64,000 nt of DNA from an uncultured Candidatus Saccharibacteria bacterium (GTDB taxonomy: Bacteria; Patescibacteriota; Minisyncoccia; Phycocordibacterales; UBA2100): assembly GCA_964424265.1 (NCBI GenBank), contig CAYRHX010000002.1, positions 3,345 through 67,344 of the forward strand, read 5' to 3'. The notes under the pieces are model-generated. The model ran no database searches. It saw only the letters and a program-made list of their open reading frames with translations, and had not been told where the DNA came from. Position numbers and translations under genes: made by a program. This document shows, piece after piece, positions 36,986-46,186 of the stretch (position 1 is the first letter of the stretch; each line of letters begins with the position of its first letter).

Positions 36986-38101
36986 ATGATGAGTACCATA
37001 ACAAACACGAGGGTCACGCGAGATGACAAAGCGTGGGAGGTTGAGATTGTTGGCGAAATCTCCGTTGAGGTACTTGCGAAGTATCGCGAACATGCCCTCA
37101 AGGACATCCAGAGAGAGGCGAAGCTCGATGGCTTCCGTCCTGGCAAAGCGCCGATCGATCGTATCCTCCAGGTCTACGGAGAACCAGCCATAATGCGCGA
37201 GGCCGCACAGCAAGCAATACAGAATGAACTGCCAGAATTTCTCGCGTCAGAGAAACTACTGATCATAGAGTCACCGCGCGTGACGACCGACGCACCAGAA
37301 GCTGGAAAGCCACTCAAATTCACAGCCCGCGCCGCCTTGGCGCCTTCTATCGAGTTGGCTGATTACAAAGAGCTAGCGGCGCAGCATCCGGCTATCAGCG
37401 AAAGTGACGTTTCTGTCTCTGATGAGGAGCACTCGCAAGCAATGACCCATCTCAGGCGTGAACGCGCTCGCATCGACAAAATAGAGGCGGGCACGGAAAC
37501 ACAAAAGGCCGCTGACGAATCTCGTTCGATGAAGGAGGAAGAACTGCCCGTGCTGGACGACGCGTTCGTCCAATCGTTGGGATACGAAAGCTCGGAGAAG
37601 TTTTCCGAAGCGCTTCGTGCAAACATCAAGACCGAGAAAGAGATGCAGGCGCGCGAAAAACGCCGCGCTGCCATCCTCGACACCCTCGTGAGAAATTCGA
37701 AAATTTCATACCCCGCCGCGCTTCGTGAATACGAGCTCGACGATATGGAGGCGCGAGTCAAGGACGATCTCGCTCGTGCAAATCAAACCTTCGAGGGCTA
37801 TCTCGCACAAACCAAAAAGACACGAGAACAGCTCCGCACCGATTGGCAGGAAGCCGCCGACAAACGCGCAAAGGTCCGACTCATCCTTACGGATATTGCA
37901 CGCAAAGAAAGAGTCGAGCCAGATGAAAAGGCTCTCGAGCACGAACTCGAGCATGCTCGCAAGCGTTACCCACAAGCAGATCCGATCGCCCTGCGCGCCC
38001 ATATCGCCCACGCTATGCGCAACGATGCAACCCTTAGATTCCTCGAGGGCGACACGACCCCGCAGGAGCACCATCATCACGAGCACGCGCACAGTCATTA
38101 G
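36986..38101 (+). CDS. tig: Trigger factor (short form; PPIase domain apparently absent; His-rich C-terminal tail)
   Basis: N-terminal ribosome-binding signature GFRPGKAP in ...AKLDGFRPGKAPIDRILQVYG...; ends ...QEHHHHEHAHSH. Confidence 0.7.
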   Translation: MMSTITNTRVTRDDKAWEVEIVGEISVEVLAKYREHALKDIQREAKLDGFRPGKAPIDRILQVYGEPAIMREAAQQAIQNELPEFLASEKLLIIESPRVTTDAPEAGKPLKFTARAALAPSIELADYKELAAQHPAISESDVSVSDEEHSQAMTHLRRERARIDKIEAGTETQKAADESRSMKEEELPVLDDAFVQSLGYESSEKFSEALRANIKTEKEMQAREKRRAAILDTLVRNSKISYPAALREYELDDMEARVKDDLARANQTFEGYLAQTKKTREQLRTDWQEAADKRAKVRLILTDIARKERVEPDEKALEHELEHARKRYPQADPIALRAHIAHAMRNDATLRFLEGDTTPQEHHHHEHAHSH

Positions 38102-38170
38102 ACCTGTCGTGACCACGTATTCTCTATCCAATCTCTGGAGGTGCGCCCCACATGCTAAAGTAAGAAAGCT

Positions 38171-38701
38171 ATGAAGAATCCGTCTCAGGAGGAGGGACAA
38201 AAGGCGTTTCTTGCGGCATACGATGCGTATGGAGATGCGATCTTTCGCTTCCTCACTATGAAAATCGCGGATCGAGAAACGGCGCGAGACCTCACGCAGG
38301 AAACGTTTACCCGCGCATGGGATTTTTGTGTAGAGGGCGGAGAGATACGTGAGTGGAAGCCATTCCTCTACCGCACTGCGTACAACCTCGTCGTCGACAC
38401 GTATCGGAAGAAAAAGTCGGTCTCGCTCGATGCGCTCATTGATGATGATGGATTCGCGATCTCCGATGATGGAGTGGGCCAAAAGAATTCGATGGAGAAG
38501 GCCGAGATGAGAGAAGTCCGGGCAGCGATTGATAAGCTCGATCCCTCGTACCGCGACATCATTGCACTGCGATATGTCGAAGATCTTCCTCCGAAAGAGA
38601 TCGCGAGCATGATGGGGCTTTCCGAAAATGTCGTTTCTGTAAGAATCCACCGCGGCGTCGAGAAATTGCGACAACTCCTCAGCCCCCAAAAAAGCATATG
38701 A
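38171..38701 (+). CDS. ECF-type RNA polymerase sigma-70 factor
   Basis: Region 2 (...ETFTRAWDF...YRTAYNLVVDTYRKK) and region 4 (IALRYVEDLPPKEIASMMGLSENVVSVRIHRGVEKLR). Confidence 0.85.
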   Translation: MKNPSQEEGQKAFLAAYDAYGDAIFRFLTMKIADRETARDLTQETFTRAWDFCVEGGEIREWKPFLYRTAYNLVVDTYRKKKSVSLDALIDDDGFAISDDGVGQKNSMEKAEMREVRAAIDKLDPSYRDIIALRYVEDLPPKEIASMMGLSENVVSVRIHRGVEKLRQLLSPQKSI

Positions 38702-39717
38702 AATTTCCAGGCATCTTTACAAAAGAGAACGACCGCGATATCGCGGAGCGTATGAAACACGCCGCACAGATCACCATGGATGATGCGTCGCGTGAACGCA
38801 TGCGGGCACACCTTTTTGAGTACACGAAGGTACGCCCGGTACGTTCGGCTACATCGCGCGTGGCGAATCACAACCAATTGTTGGCATTCCTTTCGCATAT
38901 CCGCCCGATGCCCGTAGTCGCAGCGTTACTCATCGTAGTACTGAGCGGTAGCACCGTCGCCGCATCGGAAAACGCGCTGCCAGGTGACATCCTCTATTCG
39001 ATCAAAGTACATGTCACGGAAGAGGTGCGCGCCTCTCTTGCCGTGTCTCCAAAAGCAAAAGCTGATTGGGCTCTTGCGCGCGCCGAACGCCGTCTTGAAG
39101 AGGCGGCAACCCTTGAGCTCGCGGGAAATCTCGACGAAGTGACGCGCGCAGAGATAGATACAAATTTGGATGAACACGTACTCTTCGCGAGCGAAAACGG
39201 CCAGAAGCTTGGAGAAAGCGAGCGCGCCTCCATCACAGAAATAGAAGATACGATCGCTGCCGTCCGCATCGCTCGCGAAAATGTATTTGGCCAGCACCCT
39301 AAATCCCTCGCGGCCAATGTGGAGGCAGAGATTGCCGTCCCCGAAGTAATGACCATGAGTACGGTCTTCGAAGCGCCTCAAGAGAAATCGGTGGTGGTTC
39401 AGCGCATGGAAATAATTGAAAAACCTGAAGTCAGGTCGCGCGGTAATCGCACTGCAGCGAGAGTACGGATCGACGCAGCAAAAAAGTTTCTCGAAACTCG
39501 CAAAAACCTCAACGAGAAAGCGCGCGCAGAGGTCGCAGAACAAATTAAGATCGCGGCCGACACACTCTCATCAGGCGACGACAAGGCTTCCCGCGGTGAC
39601 GAAGAAGACGCCGCATCCGAATTTAAACATGCGCTCGAAGAAGCGACTGAGGCGGGCATACTTCTTTCAAAAGACACGGACGAGAGCGCGGAGCGAGAGG
39701 ATGCGTCGGGATTTTGA
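38698..39717 (+). CDS. Putative anti-sigma factor / DUF5667-like membrane protein (cognate to the ECF sigma)
   Basis: Translationally coupled (4-nt overlap) to the ECF sigma gene; cytoplasmic N-terminus, single TM (PVVAALLIVVLSGSTVAA), helical extracytoplasmic domain. Confidence 0.45.
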   Translation: MKFPGIFTKENDRDIAERMKHAAQITMDDASRERMRAHLFEYTKVRPVRSATSRVANHNQLLAFLSHIRPMPVVAALLIVVLSGSTVAASENALPGDILYSIKVHVTEEVRASLAVSPKAKADWALARAERRLEEAATLELAGNLDEVTRAEIDTNLDEHVLFASENGQKLGESERASITEIEDTIAAVRIARENVFGQHPKSLAANVEAEIAVPEVMTMSTVFEAPQEKSVVVQRMEIIEKPEVRSRGNRTAARVRIDAAKKFLETRKNLNEKARAEVAEQIKIAADTLSSGDDKASRGDEEDAASEFKHALEEATEAGILLSKDTDESAEREDASGF

Positions 39718-39747
39718 AAAATCTTATATTGGAGTATACTTTTTCAC

Positions 39748-40386
39748 ATGAATACAAAAGCGCGCATTCGGCCTACTGGCCTCAGTACTACCTCGCTCGG
39801 CGCTCGGGCGCAAATGTTGGTCCCGATGGTAATAGAGAAGACCTCTTCAGGCGAGCGCGCGTTTGATATCTACTCGCGACTCCTCAAGGAACGCATCGTT
39901 TTCTTGGGCGGCCCCATCGATAGCGATGTCGCCAACCTCGTCGTTGCTCAGTTTCTCTTCCTTGCATCCGAAGACCCGAAAAAAGATATTTCTTTCTATA
40001 TCAACTCCCCTGGCGGCCACGTATCCGCCGGCCTCGCGATTTTGGACACAATGAACCACATCCAACCCAACGTCTCGACTGTATGTGTGGGAATGGCCGC
40101 ATCGATGGCGGCGGTCCTGCTCTCTGCGGGAGAAAAGGGTAAGCGCTTCGTATTGCCAAATGCGGAGGTGATGATCCACCAACCAAGCGGAGGAGCCGAG
40201 GGTCAGGCTACCGATATTGAGATTACCGCAAAGCAGATACTCAAACTGCGCGAGCGTCTCAACAAAATACTTGCCAAAAATACGGGTCAAAAGCTGGAGA
40301 AAATCTCGGCCGATGTAGAGCGCGACTTCTTCATGAGTGCGGAAGAATCGGTAAAATACGGCGTGGTGGACAAGATATTGAGCTGA
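39748..40386 (+). CDS. clpP: ATP-dependent Clp protease proteolytic subunit
   Basis: ...[24 protein letters not shown]...[14 protein letters not shown]...[10 protein letters not shown]...[10 protein letters not shown] carries the Ser-His-Asp triad context. Confidence 0.9.
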   Translation: MNTKARIRPTGLSTTSLGARAQMLVPMVIEKTSSGERAFDIYSRLLKERIVFLGGPIDSDVANLVVAQFLFLASEDPKKDISFYINSPGGHVSAGLAILDTMNHIQPNVSTVCVGMAASMAAVLLSAGEKGKRFVLPNAEVMIHQPSGGAEGQATDIEITAKQILKLRERLNKILAKNTGQKLEKISADVERDFFMSAEESVKYGVVDKILS

Positions 40387-40587
40387 AATAGCCCGAAAAG
40401 GGACTCCTGAGTCGGCCGGTGGTCATTTTTTCCTCTCGTGGTATATTTGTTGTGTACCAATTTAGCATGTGTATGAAATTCAATTTCGTTTCCAGTGAGC
40501 TGCGTGTGATGCCTCTAGCACTTATTCGTGATTTCTCAATCGAAGTCGGCCTGATGCGCGCATAACCTCACGCGGGAGCATCCGCGT

Positions 40588-42117
40588 ATGTCACTAAAAA
40601 TCATTTTATTCCTGCTCGCCAGTGCGGGCCTTGTCGGTATCGGGATCGGATATTACCTCCGAGTTATTATTTCGTTAGGTAAACGCGGCTCAATGGAGCT
40701 CGAGATCAGGAAAATGATGCTCGACGCGGAGGAGCGTGCCAAGAAGATTTCTGAAGAGGCCGACCAGCGTGCAAAACACAAGGAGGAGCACGCGACCGAT
40801 GGATTGAAGGAGCGCGAGAAGGAGCTCAAGCAAGTGGAAGAGCGTCTCATTCGCAAAGAAGAGCTGCTCGACAAGCGTCAGACTAACCTCGATTCGGAGC
40901 AAGAATCGCTCGCGAAGAAAAACGAGGATGTGATCGCCTCGAAGGCGCGCGTTGAGGAGCTTGCCCGCGCACAGCAAGAAAAACTCGAGAAAATCGCTGG
41001 ACTTTCTGCAGAGGAAGCCAAGGCTGATCTCATAAAATCAGTCGAGAAACAATCCGAAACAGACATCGAGAGCCGCATGCGTAAGCTAGAGATCTCCGGC
41101 AACGACCAGCTCGAACATCGTGCGAAGGAAATCCTCACAACCGCAATTCATCGCCTCGGCAATTCAGTAGTCTCCGACGTCCTTGCAACGACCATTTCGC
41201 TGCCCAACGAGGAAATCAAAGGCAAAATCATCGGCAAGGAAGGTCGCAACATTCGCGCGTTTGAGCGTGCGACAGGTGTCGATGTCATCGTCGACGACAC
41301 ACCGGGCACCATCACCCTCTCTTCGTACGATCCGATCCGCCGACAGATCGCGCGCATTGCGCTCGAGAATCTGATCATCGACGGACGCATCCAACCCGCA
41401 AAGATCGAGGAGTCCGTGCAGAAAGCTGAGCAAGAAATCAACAACATCATCAAGAAAAAAGGCACCGAAGCCGCCTTCGAAGCACGCGTCACCAACCTTG
41501 ACCCCAAGCTCCTTATGATCCTCGGTCGTCTCTACTTCCGCTCGAGCTATGGGCAAAACGTCCTCGATCACTCGGTGGAAGTCGCGCACTTGGCCGGCAT
41601 GCTCGCCGCTGAGCTTGGCGCAAACGAGGCAACAGCTCGCGCAGGCGCGCTCTTCCATGACATCGGCAAAGCGGTCGACCACGAAGTGCCTGGTACGCAC
41701 GTAGAGATCGGTCGCCGCATCTTGCAGAAATTTGGCGTTGGAGAAGACGTGGTAAAGGCGATGCAAGCGCACCACGAAGAATACCCATACGAAACGCCCG
41801 AATCCATGATCGTGCAAGTAGCCGACGCGATTTCTGGCGCACGCCCTGGCGCACGCCGCGACTCAGTAGAAAACTACATCAAGCGACTCACTGAGCTCGA
41901 AGCAATCGCCAATGGCAATCCGGGCGTCGAAAAGAGCTATGCAATCGCCGCAGGACGCGAAGTCCGCGTCATTGTGAAGCCCGCTGAAATCACCGACCTC
42001 GATGCACGCAAACTCGCCCGCGACATCGCGGACAAAATAGAAAAAGACATGCAATACCCCGGAGAGATCAAGATCTCCGTCATTCGCGAAACCCGCGTGA
42101 TCGAGTACGCGAGATAG
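40588..42117 (+). CDS. rny: Ribonuclease Y
   Basis: N-terminal TM, coiled coil, KH (...IIGKEGRNIRAFERATGVDVIVDD...), HD (HSVEVAHLAGMLAAELG...ALFHDIGKAVDHE). Confidence 0.9.
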   Translation: MSLKIILFLLASAGLVGIGIGYYLRVIISLGKRGSMELEIRKMMLDAEERAKKISEEADQRAKHKEEHATDGLKEREKELKQVEERLIRKEELLDKRQTNLDSEQESLAKKNEDVIASKARVEELARAQQEKLEKIAGLSAEEAKADLIKSVEKQSETDIESRMRKLEISGNDQLEHRAKEILTTAIHRLGNSVVSDVLATTISLPNEEIKGKIIGKEGRNIRAFERATGVDVIVDDTPGTITLSSYDPIRRQIARIALENLIIDGRIQPAKIEESVQKAEQEINNIIKKKGTEAAFEARVTNLDPKLLMILGRLYFRSSYGQNVLDHSVEVAHLAGMLAAELGANEATARAGALFHDIGKAVDHEVPGTHVEIGRRILQKFGVGEDVVKAMQAHHEEYPYETPESMIVQVADAISGARPGARRDSVENYIKRLTELEAIANGNPGVEKSYAIAAGREVRVIVKPAEITDLDARKLARDIADKIEKDMQYPGEIKISVIRETRVIEYAR

Positions 42118-42149
42118 CGCAAACAAGGAGATTTTGATACAGTGGCCAC

Positions 42150-42383
42150 ATGAAGTCCCGTTACTCGTATCAAATCTTTCTGCGACCAGAGCAAGAGGGT
42201 GGCTATACAGTTATTGTCCCATCTCTGCCCGGATGCGTGACCTACGGAAAGACCGTTGAAGAAGCCAACGAAATGGCCGAAGATGCTATCCGCGGCTACC
42301 TTGCCAGCATGCGCAAACACGGAGAGAAAATCCCTTTGGAAGACAAGGGGAACATCATCGCCACAGCAACAGTGGCAGTTTGA
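42150..42383 (+). CDS. hicB: HicB-family antitoxin
   Basis: YSYQIFLRPEQEGGYTVIVPSLPGCVTYGKTVEEANEMAEDAIRGYL is HicB/UPF0150-like. Confidence 0.75.
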   Translation: MKSRYSYQIFLRPEQEGGYTVIVPSLPGCVTYGKTVEEANEMAEDAIRGYLASMRKHGEKIPLEDKGNIIATATVAV

Positions 42384-42601
42384 CCAGTATGCCCCGGCTG
42401 CCGTCGCGCACAGGCAAACAAATCGTCCGCATTCTGCTGCAGAATGGCTTCGTACTCGACCACGTTACCGGCAGTCACCATATCTTTGTCAACATAGACA
42501 CGAGTCGTCGAGTAACTATTACTGTTCACAATAAAGATATTCCCAAAGGAACACTTCGGGAGATTCTCAAGCAAGCCGGATTGTCCGCAGAGGATTTGTA
42601 G
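42380..42601 (+). CDS. hicA: HicA-family mRNA interferase toxin
   Basis: KQIVRILLQNGFVLDHVTGSHHIFV... is HicA/YcfA-like; 4-nt overlap with hicB. Confidence 0.8.
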   Translation: MTSMPRLPSRTGKQIVRILLQNGFVLDHVTGSHHIFVNIDTSRRVTITVHNKDIPKGTLREILKQAGLSAEDL

Positions 42602-42610
42602 GCGAGTTTC

Positions 42611-42700
42611 GTAGATAAAATAGAAAAGGATGCGCAATACCCAGGAGAAATTAAAGTAAGCGTGATACGAGAGACACGGGCTATCGAGTACGCTAGATAG
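42611..42700 (+). repeat. Diverged duplicate of the rny 3' end (encodes [28 protein letters not shown]), direct repeat of 42027..42117
   Basis: About 75% nt identity and 25/28 aa identity to the true rny C-terminus; follows the hicA stop in frame. Confidence 0.75.
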
Positions 42701-42859
42701 TGGCTCTACAAAGCCATCCGGGTTGCGCCAGTCCGCCAAGCATATCAACCTACCATAACCTGTGGATATCCGCACTTTGTCAATTGACAGGCGGAAAATA
42801 CGGCTCAAAATGGTCATATAGAGGTCGAGTGCGCATTTAATATTTAAGAATAAAATAGT

Positions 42860-43135
42860 ATGGCAAATAAAATGGATTTGGTTGAGAAGGTCGCTTCCAC
42901 GATCGGCTGCACAAAAGCAGATGGCGAGCGCGCAGTGGAGGCGGTTATCGCTACCATCACTGAATGCTTGAAGCGTGGTGATGAAGTGTCGATCGCTGGC
43001 TTGGGGATTTTCCAGGCGAAGACTCGTGCTGGTCGCACGGGCCGCAACCCACGTACAGGGGCAACGATTCAGATCAAGGCGATGAAAGTGCCAAAGTTCC
43101 GCGCCTCAAAGACGTTGAAGGATGCAGTGAAGTAA
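42860..43135 (+). CDS. hup: DNA-binding protein HU
   Basis: MANKMDLVEKVAS...GDEVSIAGLGIFQAKTRAGRTGRNPRTGATIQIKAMKVPKFRASKTLKDAV is canonical HU. Confidence 0.9.
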   Translation: MANKMDLVEKVASTIGCTKADGERAVEAVIATITECLKRGDEVSIAGLGIFQAKTRAGRTGRNPRTGATIQIKAMKVPKFRASKTLKDAVK

Positions 43136-43157
43136 CGCGAGGATTTTCTCGAGAAAA

Positions 43158-43190
43158 CAAAAACCGCCCGAGGGCGGTTTTTGTTTTTCG
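43158..43190 (+). terminator. Rho-independent terminator AAAACCGCCCGAGGGCGGTTTTTGTTTTT after hup
   Basis: Seen directly. Confidence 0.75.
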
Positions 43191-43264
43191 TGTGCGGGAT
43201 GGGAGAATCGGACTCCCATTTCGAGTTTGGAAAACTCGCGTGTTACCATTACACCAATCCCGCA

Positions 43265-43936
43265 TTAATGAACACCTAACACCAGATCCGACCAGGCAAG
43301 TATTTTCCTTGCCAAGAACACACCGAATCTCTTCTCGCCCAAGCCATTGACCGAGAGGTGCACCGTTCCGTGTGGAAGTTTGCCCGACTTAAACGCCTTT
43401 TTGTTTTTACGCCAATCAACTACTGTCTTTTGGAATTGGCTCATCGGAATGGTAGTCTTTTCCGACCAAAACTGCAAACTTTGTCTCTCGTTACAATCTG
43501 GATATATATGTAACCGTATCTTCAAATTATTCTTCTTGAGCCCTACGGCCTTTGTAAACCACTTGATCATGAAATTTATTATCGCTGGATTCGAGTTCAC
43601 AAACCTAATCTGCTGCGTCGACTTCGCTCCTTCCCCAATATACAGTCCGAGTCCGAGCATGAAAAGATCGCGGCGAGAAAGGTGGCCGACATCATCCTTT
43701 GCTTCTACTCGTGCGCGTTCGAGCGACTCCCTCTTCAGCTTACTCTTAGCTTCGCCAGAAGCAGCCCGAGCATTACCAATACGCTGTATCGTCTCAGTAT
43801 TAGGAATATACGGCACATCAGCGAGCCAGATAGCCAATGTGCTCTTTGATACACCCGCCACCTTCGCAATGTAATTATACGAGTGCCCATCCTTACGTAG
43901 AGCGATCGCGGTCATTCGCGCGTGGGCCTTTGTCAT
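43265..43936 (-). CDS. HTH-domain protein with LAGLIDADG-like motif (possible free-standing homing-endonuclease-like gene)
   Basis: N-terminal HTH (ALRKDGHSYNYIAKVAGVSKSTLAIWL), then DLFMLGLGLYIGEGAKS...QIRFVNSNPAIINFMIKWF resembling the LAGLIDADG core plus following beta-strands; recognised by eye only. Confidence 0.4.
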   Translation of the reverse strand: MTKAHARMTAIALRKDGHSYNYIAKVAGVSKSTLAIWLADVPYIPNTETIQRIGNARAASGEAKSKLKRESLERARVEAKDDVGHLSRRDLFMLGLGLYIGEGAKSTQQIRFVNSNPAIINFMIKWFTKAVGLKKNNLKIRLHIYPDCNERQSLQFWSEKTTIPMSQFQKTVVDWRKNKKAFKSGKLPHGTVHLSVNGLGEKRFGVFLARKILAWSDLVLGVH

Positions 43937-44040
43937 ACTTACATCGTATAGTAGCAGTGCTCATCATCGAAGGTTCGATAATTTGCACAACACCTGGGCA
44001 AATCCTTGAGTCTGCGGCAAATACAACGTACATTGCCTCA

Positions 44041-45159
44041 ATGCATCCTTTCGTTCGATCTTTCCTCGCATTCGTCGGCGTCATCGCCGTCGCGGCTTCA
44101 ATATTTCTCCTCTTACCAAAGACGAGCCTCGCCCCTGTACAACAAACAACGGACCAACCGGACATAAACATGGAGGCAACACCTGTTTCTTCGAAAGGAT
44201 CGTCACCATCTACAACACCCACCAAGACTACTACTACTTCAAAGATCCCGGTGCCTGCGAAAGCGGCGCCCATAAGCGAAGCCATACGCATCACAAATCC
44301 GTATCCATTTCCCCCACCCTCAACAGAATCCGTGACGCGAGCTGCTCGAGCAGCGCTCGTCAACATCTTCTGCATTTCAAGTAATCGCACCTTCAAATCA
44401 GTCTCGGGCTCCGGCGTCGTAATCGACCCGAGAGGGGTCATACTCACCAACGCTCATGTTGCCCAATATGTACTCTTATCTGCTCGACCTGAGCTTGGAA
44501 TATCGTGCACAGTGCGCTCCGGGGCGCCCGCTATTGCCCGATGGCGCGCCCAGGTGCTCTATATTCCTCCAATATGGGTGCAATCACACGCCTCTGAGAT
44601 ACTCTACAGTAAAACTGCGAGTGCGGGCGAACATGATTATTCTCTGCTTCTCATTACTGGATCGGTCGACAATACCACCACGAGCCCCTTCCCCTTTTTG
44701 CCAGTCGACGTGCGCGAGGCTGTTGCATTTCCTGGTGACCAAATCTTGGTGGCAAGTTATCCCGCAGAATTCCTTGGTGGCGTGAACGCGCAATTCAACC
44801 TCCATCCGGTGAGCTCGATTACAACCATCGGGCAATTATATGCATTCTTCGCAGAAACCGCTGACATATTTTCACTTGGCAGTATCATAGAAGCTCAGAG
44901 CGGCTCGTCCGGCGGCGCAGCAGTCAATATGTGGGGGCACTTGGTTGGTTTGGTCACTGCCACAAGTGATGGAGAAACGACCGCAGATCGAGATCTCCGC
45001 GCGCTCTCTATGAGTTACGTAAATCGAGACATTGCAGTACAAACAGGACTGGATTTGGCACAGATTTTAACTGGTGATGTGGCCGCATATGCGATCGACT
45101 TCAACGCACGCATCTCACCCATTCTCATAGCGCTATATCTTCCCCACATCTCCTTGTAG
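44041..45159 (+). CDS. Membrane-anchored/secreted trypsin-like serine protease (S1 family)
   Basis: TM/signal, then ...GVILTNAHVAQYV... (His), ...GSSGGAAVNMWGHLVGLVTA (Ser). Start placed at MHPFVRSF; the track ORF begins at 43837, overlapping the upstream gene. Confidence 0.65.
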   Translation: MHPFVRSFLAFVGVIAVAASIFLLLPKTSLAPVQQTTDQPDINMEATPVSSKGSSPSTTPTKTTTTSKIPVPAKAAPISEAIRITNPYPFPPPSTESVTRAARAALVNIFCISSNRTFKSVSGSGVVIDPRGVILTNAHVAQYVLLSARPELGISCTVRSGAPAIARWRAQVLYIPPIWVQSHASEILYSKTASAGEHDYSLLLITGSVDNTTTSPFPFLPVDVREAVAFPGDQILVASYPAEFLGGVNAQFNLHPVSSITTIGQLYAFFAETADIFSLGSIIEAQSGSSGGAAVNMWGHLVGLVTATSDGETTADRDLRALSMSYVNRDIAVQTGLDLAQILTGDVAAYAIDFNARISPILIALYLPHISL

Positions 45160-45162
45160 TAA

Positions 45163-45233
45163 TCGGGGTGCCCAGAATCGAACTGGGTCTACTTGGTCCC
45201 AAACCAAGCGTACTACCGGTATACGACACCCCG
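45163..45233 (-). tRNA. tRNA-Pro (anticodon UGG)
   Basis: Minus-strand read CGGGGTG-tc-GTATACCGGTAGTACG-CTTGG-TTTGGGA-CCAAG-taga-CCCAG-TTCGATT-CTGGG-CACCCCG-A. Acceptor, anticodon and T arms are clean; the D-arm is slightly irregular; CCA is not encoded. Confidence 0.75.
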
Positions 45234-46054
45234 CCGCGCCCTTCATGATTTTACGAAGGAGGGTTGCGCGCATGCTACCACAAAAAGTACGCGATACGAA
45301 AAACGGTGCGAGAATATCCGGCTGATTTGCACCTTGGCAACAAACCATTAGCGTTGCCTCTGCACCTCCACTCGCGGTTCACGTGTAACATCCAATATTC
45401 GGGACTTATCCCGTCAAGTGGGTAGTTTATCCCCACAACACTAACGAAAAAGTGTCAAAATAGTGTGCCATAATACATGACAAGACCGCCTCTTTGGACA
45501 GTGCGTGGGAGGTCGTAAAAGCAATTTGCTTTTTCCCCGTGCTTTGCCCCAATAGGCGGTCTTACCTCCTAAGTATACCCGATATTTTGGGGTTTTTGTC
45601 GAAAAACCTAGTGTTGGGGATATTCCTTTATTAGCCTTAATCTAAGCCCTAAAACATGGCGAAGAATGAAAGAACCCACCCGACCCCAGCGAAATTGGCG
45701 GCAAAAGGTCTTCGTGGGGAGCATCTGACAAAAAAAGAAAATCTCCGAGTATACGGAAGTCTTTTGACTCAGACACCCGATAAGAAACGTCGCTAGAGAC
45801 GCTTAATGCGCCTCACGGCTCTCTTAGGTATCCAACACGGCGACCCCCACGGTTTAAATCCATCGTGGGGGTTTCTGTGTGTAGAAAAGATATACCAATC
45901 TCCCTTTTCAGCTATAAAATAAGCCACAGTTTCCTGTAGGAAGGGTAACGTAAGCCCCTCAATGTCCTCATCATTGAACCACCCTAAATGACTGTAGGTG
46001 TCTATCCACTCTATACGGTATTTATACCCCTTGCGTGGGATAGTACCCCAATAT

Positions 46055-46145
46055 TCTGGTGATTAGGGCATGTTTGAAAACGCTTAACCGAGAGCGAGAG
46101 ACGGTATTCCCGAGGAATCCCCGCAGCACGAGGAGTGCGAGGTAC
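46055..46145 (+). mobile_element. MITE-like element, copy 3 (5' half only, truncated)
   Basis: TAGGGCATGTTTGAAAACGCTTAACCGAGAGCGAGAGACGGTATTCCCGAGGAATCCCCGCAGCACGAGGAGTGCGAGG then diverges; matches the left arm of copies 1 and 2. Confidence 0.6.
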
Positions 46146-46186
46146 GAACTCGATCTATTCGTCTCTAAAGGACAAGATCTTGTCCT

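Noticed and set aside
45234-46060. Attempt to identify tmRNA, RNase P RNA or SRP RNA in the gene-free region
   Set aside because: I could not find the conserved cores by eye (RNase P P4 AGGAAAGUCCGGGC, tmRNA tRNA-like 3' end with CCACCA, SRP domain IV). Left as an unassigned structured region rather than a called ncRNA.
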